From contig OZ251518.1 in assembly GCA_965242965.1 (NCBI GenBank), forward strand, positions 224,001-288,000: a stretch of DNA of 64,000 nucleotides. Reading direction: 5' to 3'. The notes below the pieces were generated by a model, which was not told where the DNA came from, did no database searches, and saw only the letters and a program-made list of their open reading frames with translations. The DNA is from Candidatus Poribacteria bacterium (GTDB taxonomy: Bacteria; Poribacteria; WGA-4E; WGA-3G). Within the stretch, counting starts at the first letter, position 1; every line of letters begins with the position of its first letter. A program made the translations under genes and the position numbers. Of the stretch, positions 37,506-46,760 are shown piece by piece.

Positions 37506-38465
37506 CTACGAAGATGAGACGGTTTCTTCGCGCAGACGCGGGACGAGGACCGCGGTGAATCGTTCAAGCGTCTCAGCAAGCCAGATATGCTGATGCGGCC
37601 ACTCGTCTTCGTCCGTTGGATCGGTGTCGTCCTTGCGCAAGGTGACGCGACACGGGTTTTGTCCGAACGATTTTGTCCATTCCAATGGCGCGCCGAGTTC
37701 ACGTTCGATCTCCTCTCGCTGTGCTCGGAGTTGAGAGAAGTGTGCAGTGGCATTCGGGCCGGAGATATAGAGCCGCACGCCGATATGTTGCTTTATCACA
37801 TCTCGCATCGCCGATAGTTTGAAACCGGAAATGCCGAGACTGAAGGTGAGATAAGAGCGTGGCGGCATTTTCGTTGGTTTGAGAGGACTGTTTGTCTCGG
37901 TGAGATACGCGCGAAAATCGTGCCAGAATTTTTCACGTTGTTGCTGAGGCGTGGACGGGACGATGAAATGTGCATCGGTTGATGGCGCAGGAGCACTCCA
38001 GTCGTTTGGTGATGAGACGACGGTGAATTTCGGCATCGGCGGCGAATCTTCGCGCTGCCACACGGCGATGACGACACCGAAGAATTGAAAGCGTTCCGGT
38101 GTGTTCGCGTTGAGCCAACTCAGAGCTGCGCGATGTTCGTCCGTGAATTCTGTCGCAATCCAGACGATGGTGGCGGCATCTAATCCAGCGGTGTATGTGA
38201 GGAGTTGGCCGAGGTGTCCGTGGTCTGTCGCTTCCAGTTGATTTTCGATTAGCACTCGTGTGTTGTCGGTGCGGTTTCGGCAGAGGATGTCTGCCCGGAA
38301 TTGCCCGACGTTTTTCTCCTGCGCTTCAAACTTGAGTTCCAAGTTGAGTGCTTCGGCGAGTATGGCGAGGTTTTCCGGTCTGGCGAGCCATGGGGTGAAG
38401 TCTTTTGCTTCGTCGGGCCAGATGTCGCGTGGAACTACGTTTTCAAGATCTCCAAGTTCAGGCAT
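37506..38465 (-). CDS. DUF4268-domain protein (copy 3)
   Basis: ADILC...IENQL..TDHGHLGQLLTY motif. The stop codon lies within a REP. Confidence 0.8.
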   Translation of the reverse strand: MPELGDLENVVPRDIWPDEAKDFTPWLARPENLAILAEALNLELKFEAQEKNVGQFRADILCRNRTDNTRVLIENQLEATDHGHLGQLLTYTAGLDAATIVWIATEFTDEHRAALSWLNANTPERFQFFGVVIAVWQREDSPPMPKFTVVSSPNDWSAPAPSTDAHFIVPSTPQQQREKFWHDFRAYLTETNSPLKPTKMPPRSYLTFSLGISGFKLSAMRDVIKQHIGVRLYISGPNATAHFSQLRAQREEIERELGAPLEWTKSFGQNPCRVTLRKDDTDPTDEDEWPHQHIWLAETLERFTAVLVPRLREETVSSS

Positions 38466-38489
38466 CAGTCATCATCCTCCCTATTTAAT

Positions 38490-39115
38490 TGAGGGTGTTT
38501 CATAATTCGTTTTCCCCGGTAGAAGAGACCTCCTGGTCTCGATTTCTGCCGCCCGGTTTCCCTCGCCAGCGTCCGCGCACTCCAGCGATCGCGGGGGACA
38601 GGCCCCCGCGCTACGGGAAAAAAACGGCATGTCACCGTAGGGCGAGGGCCTGTCCCTCGCCATGCTGCGATCGCGGGGGAAACCCGCTCGGATGCACGTA
38701 TGGAAACCTCCGAGGGGCCCCGCGCTACGGAAAAAAACGCCGCCCCTTCACTCAGGGCGAGGGCCTGTCCCTCGCCATGCCCGGACCCTATAAAAGACCG
38801 TAGTTCGGGATTGCCTTCCACCCCGGTAAAACGGGTCAAGATCAGGTGAGCTTGACTACAGAATGGGGCCCAACGCTCGCGGGGGCCTGTCCCCCGCGAG
38901 CTCCATCGTCACGATGTGTGTTTCCCCTTCTGTAGTTTGTGATCGCCGGATCACAAACGGTTCGGGATCAGGCGATCCCGAACTACAGGGCCTGGCGCGC
39001 GAACGATGGCGAGGGACAGACCCTCGCCCTACGATGAGGGGGCTTTCTGCCGGCGCGGCCCCGGTAGGCGCGCCGCCCTATTGCATCGAGACCGGGAGGT
39101 ATCTCCTACGGGGAT
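38490..39115. repeat. Mosaic REP cassette starting with left TIR
   Basis: TGAGGGTGTTTCATAA at 38490 followed by about 10 GTAG hairpins. Block ~38876-39035 recurs at ~49004 and ~49183. Confidence 0.8.
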
Positions 39116-39205
39116 TTATCCCATCTCCACAATTATAGCATTCGCGTCCATCTTGTATTTAATAGTATATCCGATTTTGCCACGTAGTGCAAGCGAATTT
39201 TGCTT

Positions 39206-40123
39206 CTACCGGCGGAAATCAATAAACGTCTCTATCTCCGACGCAAACCGCGCAAAATCCCCATCGGCGAGAGACTTTAGATGCGCTAACTGCACAACGC
39301 CATCTAACTCCCAAAAATCGATTGCGGGATTAAGGCGCAAGTAATTCTCTTTCAATAGCGCTCTCGTCATCTCTGCCGCTGTCTGAGATTGCACCGTCAG
39401 CAGATATGAAATGATCTTCTGTCCGCCCCAACCTGTCAGGAAACCCCACTTCCGATACTTCTTATACATGTTTTGCGAGTGGCCCGTCCCGATAGAGAAC
39501 ATCCGAATTTCGTCAAGGTTTTTCCCAAAGGCGGAGACTGCATCAGTCAAGGCGACGAGGGAAGGATTGCTTGCCCACAAACTTCCATCGGAGAGTAAGG
39601 CGTTGTCGATGAAACTCGGGTCGAAAAAAGTGGGTGCGGCACAGGAAGCGAGAATCGCCTCGCGCAAAGGCACGTTGCGCACAGACGCGCCATCATTGGG
39701 AAGATGCCTATAGCCGCCTGTTTTGAAGACATACCCGCTGCCGTTGGCTAAATCTGAACAGGTTATCATGAGCGGCGTTTTGATGTCGCCAAGGAGAAGT
39801 TCGGGAAGATGCTTCGCGAGGCTCTTCGCAAGCACCGGTTTTGAATAGCGGCTGAAGAACAACGGATGCCGATACCACTTTTTCCGGAAAATCTGGGGTA
39901 TCTCTTTCTCAAAGAGATAGACGATTTCTTCCATCGGGATGCCGGTGGCGGCAGCCCCCGCGATGATTGCGCCCACGCTCGTTCCGGCGAGGAGAGCGAA
40001 GCAATCCCTGAGCTGCACCTGAAAAGCGCGTTCGATGTTGGCAAGGAGTTGCGCGGTATATATCCCGCGGGTGCCGCCGCCATCAAGCGCGAGGATATGG
40101 AAGGGGGTTTCCGCGTTGCGCAT
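39206..40123 (-). CDS. Patatin-like phospholipase (resembles CBASS CapV-type effectors)
   Basis: ILALDGGGTRG, GTSVG nucleophile, ASCAAPTFF, DGSLWASNP, SIGTG and YLRLN motifs. Confidence 0.85.
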   Translation of the reverse strand: MRNAETPFHILALDGGGTRGIYTAQLLANIERAFQVQLRDCFALLAGTSVGAIIAGAAATGIPMEEIVYLFEKEIPQIFRKKWYRHPLFFSRYSKPVLAKSLAKHLPELLLGDIKTPLMITCSDLANGSGYVFKTGGYRHLPNDGASVRNVPLREAILASCAAPTFFDPSFIDNALLSDGSLWASNPSLVALTDAVSAFGKNLDEIRMFSIGTGHSQNMYKKYRKWGFLTGWGGQKIISYLLTVQSQTAAEMTRALLKENYLRLNPAIDFWELDGVVQLAHLKSLADGDFARFASEIETFIDFRR

Positions 40124-40167
40124 AGATGTCTCCGCAATTCCTTGCTGGTAGGCGCGCTTTATCTGTC

Positions 40168-40623
40168 CTAATCGGTAGCGATGGTGAAGGCTGGCATGTA
40201 AAAGTCTTCGGCAATTTGAAAGACTTTAAGCGCTATGCCAAAAAACCGCAGATTTCTATCTGTCCTTCTGTTAAGCCAATTCAAAGCGTCGAGGTGCTCA
40301 TCCCGAATTTCCGCTGCGATCCAGATGATGGTGCCTGCATCCAGTCCGGCGGCATAAGTGATGGCTTTGCCAAGGTGCGGATGGTTAGAGCTATCTAGTT
40401 GATTTTCGATAACCACGCGTGAGCCGTCTGCTTTGTTACGACAGACGATATCGGCGCGAAACGCTCCAACCCTTTTTTCCGTTGCTTCAAGTTCTAACTC
40501 TATGCCGAGGGGTTCAGCAAGGTAGGACAGATTCTCTGCCAACCACGGGGTAAAATCGCGTGCTTCGTGAGGCCAGGCATCGCGCAGATCTACTTCTTTC
40601 CGGGGAACGAATTGAGGCATCAC
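40168..40623 (-). CDS. Stand-alone NucS-like nuclease domain (N-terminal half of DUF4268-type protein)
   Basis: RDAWPHEARDFTPW, ADIVC..IENQL..HLGKAITY. Ends where the linker to DUF4268 would begin. Start overlaps the TPR gene stop. Confidence 0.7.
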   Translation of the reverse strand: MMPQFVPRKEVDLRDAWPHEARDFTPWLAENLSYLAEPLGIELELEATEKRVGAFRADIVCRNKADGSRVVIENQLDSSNHPHLGKAITYAAGLDAGTIIWIAAEIRDEHLDALNWLNRRTDRNLRFFGIALKVFQIAEDFYMPAFTIATD

Positions 40624-41549
40624 TCTTCCTCCTTATTCTCAAGCATTCGGCAGCGGGATTCAATGAAGGCTTGGTGCTGTGCATCGCCTGCCTCGCGGGC
40701 GAGTTGTATCGCCGTTTCATAGTCCTGCTCCGCTTCTGCATGGCGGCCTTGGCTCGATCTTATCTGACCGCGGTAGGTGTAAGCCCATGCTTCCCTCGGG
40801 TTTAACCGCATGGCCTCCTCATAGTCAGCGACAGCAGCATCATATTGCCGCAGGTCTTCTTTCGCCAGTCCGCGGCTGACATGGGCGACGGCGTTCCCGG
40901 GTGCAAACCGAACCGCCGCGTCATAGTCCGCAAGGATGCTTTCCCGGTCTTTGTTGGGCATCGTAAATTTCGCAAGGGCCCTGTAGTAATAGGCTTCGGA
41001 GAGCGTCTCGTCTAACCGCAGTGCGGCACCGTAGTCTTCAATAGCAGTCTCACTTTGGCCGAGCAAAGTTTTCGCAAGGCCACGCCAGGTATACGCATAG
41101 GCATCCTCTGGATTGAGCCGAATTGCTTCGTCACAGTCGGCAATTGACTCGGTATACTGTCCAAGGAGCCGCTTCACAAGGCCCCGCTGTGTCCATGCCT
41201 CCGCATAAGCAGGAACGAGACAGATGGCTTTGTCGCAAGCGGCGAGTGCCTGGTTCAGTGCGTCGGTGGCAGACTCGGAACGCAAGGGTGCGTCTGCCCA
41301 CACTTCTTCGTTTTCTAACAGCAGTTTGCTGACAGATACCAGCGCGCGGGCGGCTCCCTTGTCGTCACTGCCCTCAACGACATTCGCGAGAGAACGCCAC
41401 TTTTCTATCGCCTCCCCGGTTTTTCCCTCTTCTTGCAACCTGTCAGCGTCGGCTATCACCTTGTCCACAAGCACTACCGCCGGTGGAACGTGGTATGCTT
41501 GCAAAGCTTCCTCAACTTTCGGCGTGTTCTGTTCGTTATTTTTCGTCAC
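40620..41549 (-). CDS. TPR-repeat protein
   Basis: About 6 TPRs (A.AY..RG.AK..LG.Y..AI.DY..A.RL.P). Confidence 0.88.
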   Translation of the reverse strand: MTKNNEQNTPKVEEALQAYHVPPAVVLVDKVIADADRLQEEGKTGEAIEKWRSLANVVEGSDDKGAARALVSVSKLLLENEEVWADAPLRSESATDALNQALAACDKAICLVPAYAEAWTQRGLVKRLLGQYTESIADCDEAIRLNPEDAYAYTWRGLAKTLLGQSETAIEDYGAALRLDETLSEAYYYRALAKFTMPNKDRESILADYDAAVRFAPGNAVAHVSRGLAKEDLRQYDAAVADYEEAMRLNPREAWAYTYRGQIRSSQGRHAEAEQDYETAIQLAREAGDAQHQAFIESRCRMLENKEEE

Positions 41550-41564
41550 GGTTTCCCTCCCAGG

Positions 41565-42167
41565 CTAATCCTGTGTCTCTGCTTCTGCCTCAGCAGCGTT
41601 GACGCGTTCCAGCCACTCTTCCATCTGCGTTTCAAGCCGCGTGTTATTTGCGGCTTTCGCGATGTCCAACGCGGTTTGGAAATTCTCCCGCGCTTTCTCG
41701 GTGAGTCCCATGTGGTAAGCCGTCCCACCACGTTTGATGTAAATATCCACGTTCTCCGGTTGGAGATGGGCTGCTTCATCCAGATCAGCGAGTGCGGCTT
41801 CGCCATCGCCGTTCATGAAATTCGCCATGCCGCGATTGACGTAAAGTGCCGCCATATCCGGACTCAGCCGAAGCCCTTCGTCGTAGTCCTCAATGGCGGA
41901 TTCATATTGCCCCAGTTTCACTTTGGCGTTAGCGCGATTGTTGTATAATTCGGCGAAATCCGGTCCGAACCGAATCGCTTTGTCAAAGTCACCGAGGGCA
42001 CTCTCATGTTTGTTCAGCGCGGTTTTGGCGAGCCCGCGATTGGAGTATGCCTCGGCATCCCCCGGGTCCAGCCGAAGTGCCTTGTCGTAATCAGAAATGG
42101 CGGCGCGATGCCTGCCTGAATCGTATTTCGCGCGTCCGCGCCGCGTGAAGTATTTGGCTTTTAGCAT
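41565..42167 (-). CDS. TPR-repeat protein
   Basis: About 5 TPRs. ATG 42167 follows the RBS GAGGG. Confidence 0.88.
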   Translation of the reverse strand: MLKAKYFTRRGRAKYDSGRHRAAISDYDKALRLDPGDAEAYSNRGLAKTALNKHESALGDFDKAIRFGPDFAELYNNRANAKVKLGQYESAIEDYDEGLRLSPDMAALYVNRGMANFMNGDGEAALADLDEAAHLQPENVDIYIKRGGTAYHMGLTEKARENFQTALDIAKAANNTRLETQMEEWLERVNAAEAEAETQD

Positions 42168-42236
42168 TTTCGTTTCCCTCTTCAGAATGAGCGTTAATAA
42201 TAAGATACCATATTTTCCAATCAAAATCAACTTTAA

Positions 42237-42766
42237 TTAGGGTGTTTCATAAATCCGTGTCGGAGAGCCCTCCTGGTTTCGATGCAAGCGATGTCCCTTT
42301 CATCGTAGGGCGAGGGCCCTCGCATGCCACACGCGCATGCGAGCGGGTTCCCCTCGTCATCGTTCATGTCCGCGCACCCCAACGCTCGCGGGGGACAGGC
42401 CCCCGCGCTACGATAAAAAACGGTTCTTAGGTCCGTAGGACCTTAATGTCTATAGCAGCCGAAACGCAAAAGGCTCTAAGGTCCTTTAGGTCCTTAATAG
42501 GTTTTGCCAGGGCCGCGCGTGGTTTTATTAAGGACCTAAAGGACCTTGAAAACGGTACGACACATGCTGCTATAGACATGTAGGTGCTAAAGCACCTAAA
42601 ACACCACTCTTGACGATGGAGATTGCGGGGGAAACCCGCTCGGATGCGCGTATGGCATCCGAGGGCCCCCGCGCTACGGGAACATCGAGACCAGGAGGTC
42701 TCTCCTACCGGAAATCACGCCCCGAGGTCTCTCCTGCCGAACACATCGAAATATGAAACACCCTCA
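42237..42766. mobile_element. TIR-bounded mosaic REP cassette
   Basis: CTTTAA|TTAGGGTGTTTCATAA ... ATATGAAACACCCTCA|CTTTAA, with GTAG hairpins and CTATAG/GGTCC modules inside. Confidence 0.8.
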
Positions 42767-42824
42767 CTTTAATAGCATTTACGCACTTTTTCCTATAGGC
42801 GTGGTTCATGAGAATAAAAAAAGA

Positions 42825-42853
42825 TTGACGCAAAAACGGCATTTTGGTAAAAT
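42825..42853 (+). promoter_or_regulatory. Sigma70-type promoter of sod operon
   Basis: TTGACG-17 bp-TAAAAT, followed by AAGGAG RBS. Confidence 0.6.
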
Positions 42854-42885
42854 AGGTATCACAACAAAATGACAAGGAGAATCTC

Positions 42886-43605
42886 ATGAATCGGAGAGAT
42901 TTCTTAATGAAAGGTGGCACAGCGGTGGCAGGACTGTTCCTCGCGAGTTCGCCGCTGAGTCTTTACGCGGCGCACCACGAAGTTGCCGAAGCATCCCATA
43001 AGCTGCCGGAACTGCCGTATGCGTATGACGCTTTAGAACCGCACATTGACACCCTCACGATGACAATTCATCACGGCAAGCACCACCAAGGTTACGTTAA
43101 CAAACTCAACGCCGCCCTCAAGGGGCACGATGAGCTTATGAAGATGTCGGTGGAAGCCCTGTTGCGCAACATCGATAAAGTGCCGATGGACATCCGTCAA
43201 GCCGTTATCAACAGTGGCGGTGGACACGCGAACCATACCCTCTTCTGGAACACGATGACTCCGAACGGTAGCAAACCGCTGGGGGAAGTTCTTGAGGCGA
43301 TTGAATCCGCGTTTGGCTCTTATCAGGCTGGTAGCGACATCTTTGACGAAGCCGCGCTGACGCATTTCGGTTCAGGATGGGCATGGCTCGTCGTTGACGA
43401 AGAAAAAAAGTTGCAAACCTACACCACGGTGAATCAGGATAGCCCCCTGATGAAGGGACATACCCCGATTCTCGGGCTTGATGTCTGGGAGCACGCCTAT
43501 TATCTGAAGTATCAGAATCGTCGCAAGGACTACTTGAAGGCGTGGGAAAACGTTATCGACTGGGAACAGGTGAACGCGCTTTATCTCGCGGCGATAAACC
43601 GGTAG
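42886..43605 (+). CDS. sodA: Fe/Mn superoxide dismutase with Tat signal peptide
   Basis: MNRRDFL Tat motif, LPYAYDALEPHI, HHGKHH, GGGHANH and DVWEHAYY. Confidence 0.9.
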   Translation: MNRRDFLMKGGTAVAGLFLASSPLSLYAAHHEVAEASHKLPELPYAYDALEPHIDTLTMTIHHGKHHQGYVNKLNAALKGHDELMKMSVEALLRNIDKVPMDIRQAVINSGGGHANHTLFWNTMTPNGSKPLGEVLEAIESAFGSYQAGSDIFDEAALTHFGSGWAWLVVDEEKKLQTYTTVNQDSPLMKGHTPILGLDVWEHAYYLKYQNRRKDYLKAWENVIDWEQVNALYLAAINR

Positions 43606-43639
43606 ACACGATTGCCGCATCGCGACACGAGGAACGACT

Positions 43640-44776
43640 ATGGAACGCAGAGATTTCCTGAAGCAGAGCGGCTTCACGCTCACCGCGCTGTTGCTGAGCC
43701 CGTGGAGCATCTACGCCTTTCCCAGCAGGGAAGGCGAGGTGCTTGTCCCGTTCGCAGCGCAGTCGCCAGAATCCGACAGCAACCGGGTGCTGCTGGACTG
43801 GAATCGCTTGGATACTTTCATCACGCCGAACGAGAAGTTTTTCAACGTTTCGCATTATGGGAAACCGGAGGTAGCCCTAGGTGCCTGGAGACTTGAGGTA
43901 AGCGGTTTGGTTGACAACCCGCTGATGCTCACGATAGCGGATATCAAAGCACGCCCGCGCCAAGAGGTAACGTTCACTTTGGAATGTTCTGGCAATCATG
44001 GGTTTCCTACGTTTACCGGGGCCATCGGGAATGCGAAGTGGGCTGGCACGCCGCTTGCGCCGATTTTGAAGGAGTCCGGTATCAAACAAAACGGCATTGA
44101 GGTGATTTTCTTCGGGCACGATACCGGTGAAGAGGAGCGGCGCGGTGTCAAGATGCGTCAGAACTTCGCGCGCAGCATGTCCCTCTCGGATGCGATGGCA
44201 GATACCGTTCTCCTCTGCTATGAGATGAACGGTGAGCCGCTGCCGCATGCGAACGGCGCGCCGCTGCGCCTGATTGCACCCGGTTGGTATGGCATCGCGT
44301 GCGTCAAATGGCTCAAACGGATTGAGGTGCGGGATACCCGTTTCATGGGCAGGTTCATGGCGCGCGATTATGTCACGATGCGCGAAGAGAAACGTCCTGA
44401 TGGCGAATCGGTTTGGATGGAAACCTCTGTCGGCCGCACGAAACTGAAATCGTTAGCAGCGAAGGTGACGCGCCTCGGCGATAAATACCGCATTTACGGT
44501 GCGGCTTGGGGCGCGCCGATTGATAGGGTCGAGGTGAGCCTTGACGGCGGCGCGTGGCAAAAGGCGACGCTTGACACGACTGAATCCGCCGAATTCGCGT
44601 GGAAAATCTGGCACCTCAATTGGGATAACCCGACGAAAGGCGAACACATCATCGTTTCAAGGGCAATTGATACAAGGGGCAACATCCAACCCGCTGGCGA
44701 TTCTGCCCATATCACGGGCAAACACACCTATTGGGAGAGCAACGGACAAATCGTCCGCCGGATTCACATTCCGTAG
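43640..44776 (+). CDS. Sulfite-oxidase-family molybdoenzyme with Tat signal
   Basis: MERRDFL, TLECSGN, MNGEPLP..NGAPLRL..PGWYG...VKWL, plus a dimerisation domain. Confidence 0.88.
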   Translation: MERRDFLKQSGFTLTALLLSPWSIYAFPSREGEVLVPFAAQSPESDSNRVLLDWNRLDTFITPNEKFFNVSHYGKPEVALGAWRLEVSGLVDNPLMLTIADIKARPRQEVTFTLECSGNHGFPTFTGAIGNAKWAGTPLAPILKESGIKQNGIEVIFFGHDTGEEERRGVKMRQNFARSMSLSDAMADTVLLCYEMNGEPLPHANGAPLRLIAPGWYGIACVKWLKRIEVRDTRFMGRFMARDYVTMREEKRPDGESVWMETSVGRTKLKSLAAKVTRLGDKYRIYGAAWGAPIDRVEVSLDGGAWQKATLDTTESAEFAWKIWHLNWDNPTKGEHIIVSRAIDTRGNIQPAGDSAHITGKHTYWESNGQIVRRIHIP

Positions 44777-44836
44777 ATGCAATTGTAACGGCGGATGTCG
44801 TTCATGGACACCTGATAAATAGGAGACATTATCCTT

Positions 44837-45616
44837 ATGCACATCACCGATGAACAGAAACAGCAATTCCGAGAGGAAGGCTACTTTATCCTCGAAAACG
44901 TCATCCCGGAGCCGATGTTGGAACTCCTACGCGGCGAATGCGGGACGTTTATTAGTCAGATGGATGCCGAGATGGACAGGATGCAAACGGATGTCCTCGG
45001 CATTAACCATCGCGACAAGCGGTATTTTGTCTCAAATTGCTTCCGCAAGCAGCCGAGACTGCGCGAATTCCTCTTTAGCGAACTGATGGCGGAGCTCTGC
45101 CGTGCCACCCTCGGCGACACGGCGTATCTCTTCTGGGAGCAGTATGTCGTCAAAGGCGCGGAAGCAGGGATGAAGTTCAGCTGGCATCAGGACTCGGGAT
45201 ACGTCGGATACCCAGAACACAAGCCGTATCTCACCTGTTGGTGCGCCCTTGACGATATGTCCGAAGAGAACGGCACCGTCTATGTGATGCCGTTTTCGCA
45301 GATTGGCATCCGTTCGTGGGTGAAGCACATCCGCGAGGAGGGCAGCAACGACATGGTAGGCTATTTCGGACCGGAAAAAGGCGTGCCGGCTATCGTGCCT
45401 GCGGGGAGCATTGCGGTGTTTACCAGCATCAACTTCCACTGCAGCGGCACGAACCGCACTAAGAAGTTGCGCCGTGCGTATCTTGCGCAGTATTCGGCTG
45501 AGCCGCTCCTTTCGCACGATGGGACGCGTCTGTGGGGCAATGCGGAGCCGCTGTTGCGTGACGGAAAGTCGGCAGTGGGGGAACCGCCGCCGGAGATTGC
45601 GTCGCGGTTTGATTGA
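44837..45616 (+). CDS. Phytanoyl-CoA dioxygenase (PhyH) family protein
   Basis: F.EEGY, WHQD, WCALDD..EENG and H.SG.N motifs. Confidence 0.9.
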   Translation: MHITDEQKQQFREEGYFILENVIPEPMLELLRGECGTFISQMDAEMDRMQTDVLGINHRDKRYFVSNCFRKQPRLREFLFSELMAELCRATLGDTAYLFWEQYVVKGAEAGMKFSWHQDSGYVGYPEHKPYLTCWCALDDMSEENGTVYVMPFSQIGIRSWVKHIREEGSNDMVGYFGPEKGVPAIVPAGSIAVFTSINFHCSGTNRTKKLRRAYLAQYSAEPLLSHDGTRLWGNAEPLLRDGKSAVGEPPPEIASRFD

Positions 45617-45705
45617 ATTCCTAGTTCGGCGCAAAGGCTGTCCCTGACATCGCGGAGGTGTAGGGGCACCTTTTGTGTCGTTCAACGCAGCATCGGAGGT
45701 CAAAC

Positions 45706-46410
45706 ATGGACAATTTTGAGAGACTGCTGAGTCTGGCGGAATTCGCTGCGAAAAGGCATGAGGAAAGAAGGCAAGTTGAGTTCAGAATCTTCATCACCTA
45801 CCTAACTTTTCTTGCTGTAATTTTCTATCATTTTACGAAAAAAGAGGGTTTAGTCCGAGACTTGATTACTTGGCTCGGTGTGCCTGTCTCAAGTTCTTCG
45901 GATCCAATCAATCCTTGGGTTCTAATTGTTGCCTTATCGCTTATCCACGTGGTTTACTTTTTCTGGCAGACGACTATTGGGATAGCGAATCAGAATGACA
46001 CACGCCGAAGAGATTTCTTTTTGGAGCGGGCGGAATGTATTTCTCAATATTTTATCAAGAACCCTCATAGTAAGACCTTTAGACCGAATGATCAGAAAAA
46101 GGTTCAAGTTGTGCGTGATGGTAAAATTGTTGAAAAATGTGAAATGGAATTTTTTGCGGAACAGCGTCCGCAGATAATTCTACCCCCGTACACAATAAGG
46201 AAAATGATAGAGTATTCTCACAAATTTTTGGAAGATTGGTTTCGCGGATCCCAATTTGCAATTCCAACTATTATGTTGGGGACACTTTTTTTCCTTAAAT
46301 TAGACTTCTGGTGGCAAGGTTTGCTAACCTTAGTCCTTCTTGCGATTTTATCATTGATTTTACCGTTTGTTTCACTTTGTTGGAGAAAAAGGAAACGCAA
46401 TGACAATTAA
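45706..46410 (+). CDS. Hypothetical multi-pass membrane protein, AT-rich
   Basis: GGAGG RBS, about 4 TM segments, visibly lower GC than neighbours. Confidence 0.6.
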   Translation: MDNFERLLSLAEFAAKRHEERRQVEFRIFITYLTFLAVIFYHFTKKEGLVRDLITWLGVPVSSSSDPINPWVLIVALSLIHVVYFFWQTTIGIANQNDTRRRDFFLERAECISQYFIKNPHSKTFRPNDQKKVQVVRDGKIVEKCEMEFFAEQRPQIILPPYTIRKMIEYSHKFLEDWFRGSQFAIPTIMLGTLFFLKLDFWWQGLLTLVLLAILSLILPFVSLCWRKRKRNDN

Positions 46411-46684
46411 GCAATTCCAAAAGCAGATCGAGGCAATCTATTACGAACGCGACGCTGAACGCGGTGTCCCCCTCACCTTCACGTGGTTCGTCGAAGAAGT
46501 CGGCGAACTCGCGAAGGAAATCCGCAAGCATCCGCACGACATAACACGACTCCGCGAAGAGTTCGCAGACGTGTTTGCATGGCTCGCCACGCTGGCTAGC
46601 CTGCTTGATATAGATTTGGCGGAGGCGGCGCAAATCTACGCAGATGGATGCCCGAAGTGCCAAGATACGCCGTGCTGTTGCTAA
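46400..46684 (+). CDS. MazG-like nucleotide pyrophosphohydrolase
   Basis: EEVGELA...EEFADV motif and C-terminal CPKC..PC.C. Confidence 0.85.
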   Translation: MTIKQFQKQIEAIYYERDAERGVPLTFTWFVEEVGELAKEIRKHPHDITRLREEFADVFAWLATLASLLDIDLAEAAQIYADGCPKCQDTPCCC

Positions 46685-46760
46685 TCCACGACAGTTGTCT
46701 AATTTGTCCAATGCCCGGTAGGCGCGCTTACAAAGCGCGCCTATCCGTTTCGCCTCCCAC

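Noticed and set aside
34939-38465. Diversity-generating retroelement acting on the DUF4268 paralogs
   Set aside because: No reverse transcriptase, and differences between the repeated 3' segments are not adenine-specific.
39206-40123. CBASS system
   Set aside because: The patatin resembles CapV, but no CD-NTase or Cap2/Cap3 gene is present in the window.
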